From Lama glama (lineage: Eukaryota): 64,000 nucleotides of DNA. Below the pieces are notes generated by a model. That model made no database searches. It was not told the origin of the DNA and saw nothing but the letters and a program-made list of their open reading frames with translations. Shown in pieces: positions 55,784 through 64,000 of this stretch. How positions within the stretch are numbered: the stretch's first letter is position 1; every line of letters starts with the position of its first letter. The position numbers were made by a program, and so were the translations under genes. The stretch is from the NCBI GenBank assembly GCA_028534125.1, contig CM052816.1, positions 61,630,001-61,694,000 on the forward strand, read 5' to 3'.

Positions 55784-58283
55784 TTTTTTCTCTTTATTTT
55801 ATTTATTTTATTTTATTTTTTAATTGAAGTATAGTCAGTTACAATGTGTCAATTTCTAGAGTACAACATAATGTCCCAGTCATACGTATATATGTATATA
55901 TACATATACTCGTTTTCATATTCTTTTTCATTAAAGGTTGTTACAAGGTATTGAATATAGTTCCCTGTGCTACACAGAAGAAATTTTCTTTTTATCTATT
56001 TTTATATATACTGATTAACCTTTGCAAATCTCAAACTCCCAAATTTATCCCTTCCCAACTCCTTTCCCCCAGTAACCATAGAATTGTTTACTATGTCTGC
56101 AAGTCTGTTTCTGTTTTGTAGATGAGTTCATTAGTGTCCCATTTTTCCTTTTTTTCTTTTCTTTTTTTAGTCTCCACATATAAGTGATATCATATGGCAT
56201 TTTTCTTTCTCTTCCTGGCTTACTTCACTTAGAATGACAGTCTCCAGGTCCATCCAGGTTACTGCAAATGGCATTATTTTATTCTCTGTTAAGGCTGCGT
56301 AGCATTCCATTGTATAAATATACCACAAATTCTCTATCCAGTCATCTGTTGGTGGACATTTAGGTTGCTTCCATATCTTGGCTATTGTAAATAGTGCTGC
56401 TATGAATATAGAGGTACATGTGTCTTTTCTCATTAGAGTTCCCTCCAGATATATGCCCAGCAGTGGGATTGCTAGATCATATGGTAAGTATATTTTTAGT
56501 TTTTTGAGGAATCTCCATACCATTTTCCATAATGGCTGCACCAAACTACATTCCCACCAGCAGTGTAGGAGGGTTCCCTTTTCTCCACACCCTCTCCAGC
56601 ATTTATTGTTCATGGACTTTTGAATGATGGCCATTCTGACTGGTGTGAGTTGATACCTCATTGTAGTTTTGACTTGCATTTCTCTGGTAATTAGTGATAT
56701 TGAGCACTTTTTTCATGTGCCTATTGGCCATTTCTGTGTCTTCATTGAAGAATTGCTTGTTTAGGTCTTCTGCCAATTTTTGGCTTGGGTTTTTTGTTTG
56801 TTTTATTATTAATTTGTATGAGCTGTTTATATATTCTAGAAATTGTCTTTGTCAGTTGCATCATTTGCAAATATTTTCTCCCATTCCATAGGTTGTCGTT
56901 TTGTTTTACTTATGGTTTCCTTTGCTGTGCAAAAGCTTGTAAGTTTAATTAGGTCCCATTTGTTTATCTTTGCTTTTATTTCTGTTGCCTGGGTATACTG
57001 CCCTAGGAGAACACTGCTAAGGTTTATATCAAAGAATGTTTTGCCTATGTTTTCTTCTAGGAGATTTATCGTGTTTTGTCTTATATTTAAGTCTTTGGGC
57101 CATTTTGAGTTTATTTTTGTGTATGGTGTGAGGGAGTGTTCTAACTTCATTGATTTACATGCTGCTGTCCAGTTTTCCCAACACCACTTGCTGAAAAAAC
57201 TTTTCTCCATTGTATATTCTTGTCTCCTTTGTCAAAGATTAATTGACCATAGGTCTGTGAGTTTATTTCTGGGCTCTCTATTCTGTTTCATTGATCTATA
57301 TATCTGTTTTTATGTTAATATCACAATGTTTTGATTACTGTAGCTCTATAGTATAGTCTGAAGTCTAGGAGGGTTATTCCTCCGGCTTTGTTCTTTTTCT
57401 TCAATATTGCTCTGGCAATTCTGAGTCTTTTGTGATTCCATATGAAGTTTAAGATTATTTGTTCTAGTTCTGTGAAAAATGTCCTTGGTAATTTGATAGG
57501 GATCGCATTAAATCTGTGGATTGCCTTGGGCGGTATGGCCATCTTAACAATATTGATTCTTCCAATCCAAGAGCATGGATTATCTTTCCATTTCTTTAAG
57601 TCATATTTAATTTCCTTACTCAGTGTTTTGTAGTTCTTCATGTATAAGTCATTCACTTCCTTGGTCGGTTCTATTTCTAAGTATTTTATTGTTTTGGATG
57701 TGATTTTAAAAGTGATTGTTTCTTTACTTTCTTTTCCTGCTATTTCATTGTTACTGCAAAAAAATGCAGCTGATTTCTGTATGTTAATCTTATATCCTGC
57801 TACCTTGCTGTATTTTTTTTATCAGCTCTATTAGTTTTTGTGTGGAGTTTTTAGGGTTTCCTGTATATAGTATCATGTCATCCACATATAGTGACAATTT
57901 TACCTCTTCTCTTCCAGTTTGGATCCCTTTTATTTCTTTTTCTTGCCTGATTGCTGTGGCTAGGACTTCCAAACTATGTTGAATAGAAGTGGTGAGAGTG
58001 GACATCCTTGTCTTGTTTTAGATTTTAGTGGCAAGGCTTTCAGTTTTTCACCACTGAGTATTATGCTGGCTGTGGATTTGTCATAAATAGTTTGTATTAT
58101 ATTGAGATATGTTCCCTCTATACTCACTTTAGTAAGAATTTTTATCAGGCTGTTGAATTTTATCAAATGCTTTTTCTGCATCTATTGAGATGATCATGTG
58201 TTTTTTGTCCTTTCTTTTGTTGATGTGTGGTGTGTCACGTTGATTTGCGTATGTTGAATCATCCTTGTGTCCCTGGGATAAAT
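55784..58283 (-). mobile_element. Relatively young 5'-truncated L1 (about 2.5 kb: ORF2 RT and C-terminal region plus 3' UTR), inactive
   Basis: Minus-strand ORF fragments 57960-58181 ([14 protein letters not shown]), 57790-58005 ([11 protein letters not shown]), 57321-57656, 56836-57210 and 56167-56679 ([18 protein letters not shown]), broken by frameshifts; (TTTTA)n tail at the left end. Confidence 0.95.
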
Positions 58284-58779
58284 TATTTTTAGTAATCATT
58301 ACTAGACTAATATCTCATGGAGTTTAAAAACTTATAAAATGGAAGACCAGTCATGGTCGACTTTCTTTGGTGGATAGGTTTTCATCACCCTGAAGACCAG
58401 TTCTTCCAGTCCAGGCAGTCCCTAGAAAGAAAACCCAAGAAGTAGGAATGAGGTCTTCCTCAGGGCCCCTCCTTCATGGGAACCCCCTACATTCCATCAA
58501 GGCTAGGTGTCCTTCTTGAGTGCCCAGGAGTCACCATTTAATGGGCCCATTATCCAAGGCTTGGCAGTCCCCAACCCCTGGATCTTCCCCTGGATCTCTC
58601 CTCACTCCCACCTTATCATAATTCACCTGCTCTTTGTTAAAATCTATTCATTAATTTGCTTCTGTGTGCCAATGTGTAGCCCTTACTCAGAGCCTATATA
58701 CCACTTGACAGGGATCCCAGAGAAATAATACAGAATAGTTGTTCTCAGAGACACATGTGTTAGTGGTAACAGTAACAAG

Positions 58780-58970
58780 AGGTAATAAACTAAGTGCTCA
58801 CTCTGTAGGCATTACCTCATGTAAGCCTCACAACACCCTATGATGAGGTGGTCTTATCACTGTCCCCATTTCATAGATGAAAAAGCTGAGGTTTGGAGAG
58901 GTGAAGTCATTTGGCCAAGGACAAACAAATCCCGGGAGGAAGCAGCACCAGAATTCATCCCCAGATCTGC
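58780..58970 (-). mobile_element. MIR
   Basis: cctcacaacaccctatgatgagg...ccccatttcatagatgaaaaagctgaggtttggagaggtgaagtcatttggccaagg. Confidence 0.75.
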
Positions 58971-59647
58971 TCCCCTCAACCCCTGGTGCAGGCAGGTCCT
59001 GGGACACTCATAAGCAGTCTTTGCCTCCCTAAGCTTGATCTTGCTCCCAGGACCCAAATGATTCCCTGCTTTCAATCAAGTTACTTGGAATCAAATTAGC
59101 TGAGAACTAACTTAACAGGTACTGGGAAGTTCAGAGGTGGCTACCTTGGCAGCTGCCTTTAGCCTTTCCCTAGACTGTTCCTGGCCGAAGGGCTGTGCTG
59201 GAGCCCCTGCCTGCAAATGAATCTTCTCATTTCCAGCAGCCATCTCAGGAGCTGAATCCCTGAGTATTTATTTATACTGGTAACAGCCTGAGTGCGTGGA
59301 CGGGAGGGGTAGTTGGAGGAAAAAATAATTTATGAATATTTTATTTTATTTATTTGTTATCTATTATTTAATCAGATTCCAAAGTCTAAATCTAAAAGAA
59401 AAATCTGTGAATTTTCTTGTATTTTGCTCATCTCAGAATTTCCCTGGTCCAGAAATTCTTCCAAAAATGAAGTAATGAATCTCCCAATAAACTAGTACTT
59501 CAGAAAATATTCTTATTTTGTCTTCAAACTGACGTACCTATAGAACAGCATTTTCTCAGCAGTGATCTAAATATTACATCCTCACTGAGAAATTCAGAGT
59601 GCAACTTACTGTCATCAGGTGGTAAGAGATAATAATAACTAGTAGTG

Positions 59648-59670
59648 ATAATAATAATAATAATAATAAT
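59648..59670 (+). repeat. (ATA)n microsatellite abutting a minus-strand MIR (about 59670-59890)
   Basis: ataataataataataataataat, then gcacagagaggttaagtaacttgttcagagtca. Confidence 0.85.
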
Positions 59671-61872
59671 AGTAAGTCAATGTCCTATACTTACTGAATG
59701 CCAGTGATGCGCTAAGTGATGACACAGGACACACAGGCTACATGTGGGAGCGGGGAAGCTCATCATCCCTATTCACAAACAGGGATGCCTAACTTCTTAT
59801 GCACAGAGAGGTTAAGTAACTTGTTCAGAGTCATAAAGTTACTAAATAGTAAAGCTGGCCTTAAACCCAGGCAGTCTGGCTTCTAATTTTATTTCCTTGT
59901 ACTATTAAAACAACCAATCCTTCTCTATTTGTTTATCAACTAAATCATTTTTATATTTTGGCAAAGAAGACCAAAGCCCAACGTTTATTTGGTACTTTAA
60001 GCCGTCCCACCAAGCCCGGTCACAGAGCTTTGAGAGTGGTAGTCTCCGCCGGCGGGCTAACCCATTAGGATGACGATTTGAAATTAAAGATGAGTGATAT
60101 TGGGTCAGCTTTTCTCATCATTTATACTTAGCTTTTCTCATCCTTTTAATAATTGCATTAACTGGATGATATATCCCTCTTGGTAACACTAGAACAACTT
60201 TTTTTTTTACCACAAAAATATTCTTAGTCTTAATGTTTTCTTGGTTACCTTTTACTGGTCATGACGCAGAGGGGAAATAATAAGTGACTTCCAAGTTAAA
60301 ATATATGGAAATATTTTCATCTCAACTTCAAACTTGATTCACCAGGTATCATAGATTTTTTTTCTTATTCTTTTTCTTTTTCTTTTTTTTTTTTTTAGTG
60401 CAAAGTTTCGAGAAATTTTTCGTCTCTCCTACCTTCTTTCAGCCAAAACTTAAATTTATTGAGAATCCTAGTGTGGAAAGTTTCTGTTCAAATTTCTAAC
60501 TCCTACTCTCTCTGTAGCTCACATCTCTGTTAAGGGAGCTTCGTAGTGGCAGAGCTCATGCTTTCAGAGGATTGAGGATTACAGCATAACATTTTACGTC
60601 TTTCATTGAAAAAGCCATGAAAGTGAGATCAATAAAACTGTTACTTTTCAATAATGAGAACTAGAAACTTTCCCATTTCTTTGCATTTAATTTTCTAAGT
60701 TTATCATATGGCTCATGTACCACGTACATGATTTCTTAGAACTTTAGTGGATTTCTGAAGCCAGGGGAAAAACAAGGCAAATAAACAAGGAAACAACAAC
60801 AATGCTGCTCTGTTACACTGAATGTTCCCCAGTGTTCTGCCTGATTCTAATTACCTTAAACAATTTACCCAGAATGCTTCAGTGTAACCACCTGGAAAAG
60901 TGAGGGTGGAACTTTGGTTCTGGGAGGCACATGGAAATTTAATTACTAGATTTACAAAGTATTTTAAAATCCCCAGATAAAAGTGACCAGAAGACTGGAG
61001 GAAAGTATCATCGTTAGCAGTATGAGCCTAGGCAGGGTGGCGGGGCTTTCTGAGAGTCAGAGGCCGACATCTCTTTCTCCACACTGGCTCCTCAACCTTG
61101 TCTTCAGCAACCAGCCTTGAGGGGAGGCAGAGAAAGAATCATTTATTCACCTTCTGGCTGCAAGAACTGCAGACTTCAACTGGGGCAATTCTAGCACTGA
61201 GGAGAAAACACACATAGGAAAAAAGAAGGCCATGTCTCACTTCCAAATTAAAAAAAAAGACATTTCTACATGTTTCCATAACCCACAGACTGCTGCCATT
61301 TGAGGCCAACCCCTCAGAGTTTTCCTCTTTGTCTAGTACAGTTGCTGAATCTAGGCCACTGTCAGCAGTCCTTTTCGTTCACCCAGGCCCATCCCCACAC
61401 CCCACAGATGCAGAGATTCTCCTGAGACTTGTACTTTGGTATCAAACAATGCAACTCATGTTTGATTTTGGATAACCTTGCACTGCTGAATAAAATAACC
61501 CTTGAGAAAGAAGCAATAAAAGCTCTGTAAGAAAAATGACTCATGTTTCCAAGCTGTCTAAAGTGATCACTTATCCCAACAAATGGTAATTCTTTCAAGA
61601 CACAGTGGGCATGCACCATACTTATAAAAGTCTGGGAGAAAAGCCTTGCAATCATTTTTTTTTTAATTTGTGTTAAAATATATCAAAAGACTGTTCCTGG
61701 TAGGCTGTACCAGACAGGATATGCTTAAAAACAAAAGCAAAACCCATATGGATGTGAAAGCCAAGGTGGAACTGGCGCAAGGGGCAAGGGTGTGTGTGGG
61801 GCGGGGGGGACTGGTCCTTGCCGAACATCCAGGCTCATCGTCTTGTGTATGTACTTGTTTATATGCCTCTAA

Positions 61873-62013
<141 letters not shown>

Positions 62014-64000
62014 CCCACGGAAAGCCAGAGAGAGCGCCTTGTCATTCATCATGGAAGTGCATCCGTCACAGAGAGCCACCCAGAGGAAGAGGATTGATGT
62101 CCTTGCAAATGCATTACCCTGTGGAAAACGTAACCACTGGTCAGCCCGAGCTGACAGGATTTCAATATTATTTTAACTTCTGTGAAGTGGGATTTATTGA
62201 TCCAAAGTGCTGGACACAGAATTAGGAGGGAATGCCAGATTGGAGAGATCCAAACAACACAGGGAGACTTGCTTACTGTGGAACGTTTGTGTTCTTTCGA
62301 GTAAATCCAATAGCCTGTTTACCTCCTTGGACCATTAAGATAATTTTTATTATGGACTTAGCAATGACACTGAATCCATTTGTATTTAAAACTGTTTAAA
62401 ATGTAGCTGTTATGACTTGGTCAACTATGGAAGTAAAGAAGATTCAGAAATCTTAAGTCATAGCTTAAAAATATTTACTATACTTTATCTCACTACAACT
62501 GCACCACAATTTAAATTCTAAAATGGGCTTTGAACTGTAATTTAAGGAGCAATTATAAATCAAAAGTAATGCAAGTTTGTATTATTCTTCTTCATTCCAC
62601 TTAATTTCCTTAGGAGTCAATCCCCCTGTTCTGAACACTGCTGTGAGCCATGTAGAAACTACATTAAGCCGAACAACAATGAAGGACTTAGTTGAAAGCA
62701 GTGCATCAGTTACTGCAGCTGTGCAAGTCTGTAAATTCACTGCTAAAGGACTGGCCAACTTGCCATTGTGCAAGTGAAGCTGAGATTTCCATTAAAACTT
62801 TAAGAGAAAAACATTTCAATTTCATGCAGAAGCCAGACCTGGGGTATGGTAGAGACTGAAGTGCCAGCCCTCTGGTGCCATCACACAGGATGCCTCAATT
62901 CTTACTTGAGTCACCCCAACTCACTTGTGTTTACATCCTCTCCAGCCACAGAACGGCTTCTGCCCTGTTGGATTGTTGCATATGCATGTTGAGCTTACCG
63001 AGATGATACCATGCAAAAGATAGACTGGCTCAGTGACAACCAGGCAGACCCTTTTGCTGACAATTACGATGGGTTCCAGATGTCCCTTCTTTGATATGGC
63101 AGAGGGGCACTTATTTATATGAGAGCAAGTGTGTGTGTGTGTGTGTGTGTGCGGGCGCTTTTGGGTGTGTGGGTAGATGAGTGTGCTTGCACATGAATGT
63201 GCTATTTCTGTGAGTTTTAAAGTAGGCAAGGGATAACAACCAAAGAAGAAAAACTCATGAAGACTAGAGATCATAAAGCATAATTTTAACAGTCACTCAA
63301 CCAAGTATTTTGTATTTTTTATGGATACTCTGAATGGCAACTAAATGTGAAACCCAGTTTCTTGGGCGAGTCAAATTGTAGAATCAAATCCACCTAAATT
63401 AAGTTGACTGGCTTATATTCTCCCTGTCCACCAGTATCACATCATGCTCATCAAAAGATCTGACACAGAGAATTTAAGAAGAGAGAGAAAAAGAAGAGGG
63501 TACTTGCTTATATGAATATTTTGTACTTGAACACTTGCAGCAGGTTCTTGATGAATGTGTTTTGTGTCCTACACGTGTGTGCGCCATGTGACAACACCTC
63601 AGACTCAAACCAAACAGCTACTTTTAAAGATACTACCTGCAGTAAAAGAGTATGTCTGACTTAAAGCCATCACTGTGCTCTGAAACGGCATGTCAGGCGT
63701 GTCACATATGCTATGACCTAAAGTGGTTGATTAGGTTTTTCAGAAAGAAAGAGAGACTCACAAACATCAGAAACCAACCTAAACATCAGGTATGCTGTGG
63801 ACAGTCGGCACGGAACGTTCCTCTGCATGCTCAGTCTGTCACCCGGCGTCCTCGCCTGCTTTCTCAGCACCACAGCTCACGGCCCTGAGTTTCCAGAGAG
63901 AGCTCCTGATGATAGACGAGTGGCCAGGGCCCCCATCAGTGCTGCCCTAGAAGGCAGCCCAAGTGCCTCCTCAGCCATTCAGGGAAGGGCAGGCAGCCCA
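62014..64000 (+). other. ADAMTS6: ADAMTS6 3' UTR (probably continues beyond the window)
   Basis: Follows the stop codon, with no recognisable interspersed repeats. I saw no AATAAA, only ATTAAA at 62791-62796, so the 3' end is not defined here. Confidence 0.7.
63129..63150 (+). repeat. (GT)11 microsatellite in the 3' UTR
   Basis: Read directly from the sequence. Confidence 0.95.

Noticed and set aside
56167..58181. Longest ORFs in the track (170, 163, 124, 111 aa) as novel genes or an active reverse transcriptase
   Set aside because: Minus-strand ORFs are frameshifted pieces of L1 ORF2 (YADD changed to YVDD, 5' end missing); plus-strand ORFs are their antisense shadows
60001..60075. CpG-rich patch (CCGCCGGCGGG) as a CpG island or internal promoter
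   Set aside because: Under 100 bp and embedded in AT-rich sequence, far short of CpG island length
62928..62940. TGTTTACATCCTC resembling mature miR-30a as a miRNA gene
   Set aside because: The seed differs, the similarity ends after 13 nt and no precursor hairpin is evident; kept only as a target site

Overview
Mammalian genomic DNA, most likely a camelid (inferred from a tRNA-derived SINE and young L1 3' ends that I recognise as camelid types). The window holds the 3' part of ADAMTS6 on the + strand: 10 coding exons (4974-62013) with GT-AG introns that splice in frame into about 473 C-terminal residues (cysteine-rich domain, spacer, four TSP1 repeats, PLAC), then a 3' UTR from 62014 that probably runs past the window end. 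The introns are AT-rich and carry antisense L1 fragments, MIR/L2, hAT DNA transposons (MER5, MER58, MER63), an MLT1 LTR and a SINE. I found no new protein-coding system. The most interesting signals are micro-scale retrotransposition scars with target-site duplications (a 157-bp and a 27-bp L1 tail, a poly(A)-only insertion, a tailless U2 snRNA fragment) and a possible alternative-processing module just after the exon ending at 15784 (read-through tail, cryptic acceptor, UG tract, CTCF-like motif, poly(A) signals). Repeat family names and comparisons with human ADAMTS6 come from memory, not from database searches. Repeat boundaries are approximate unless a TSD is given.
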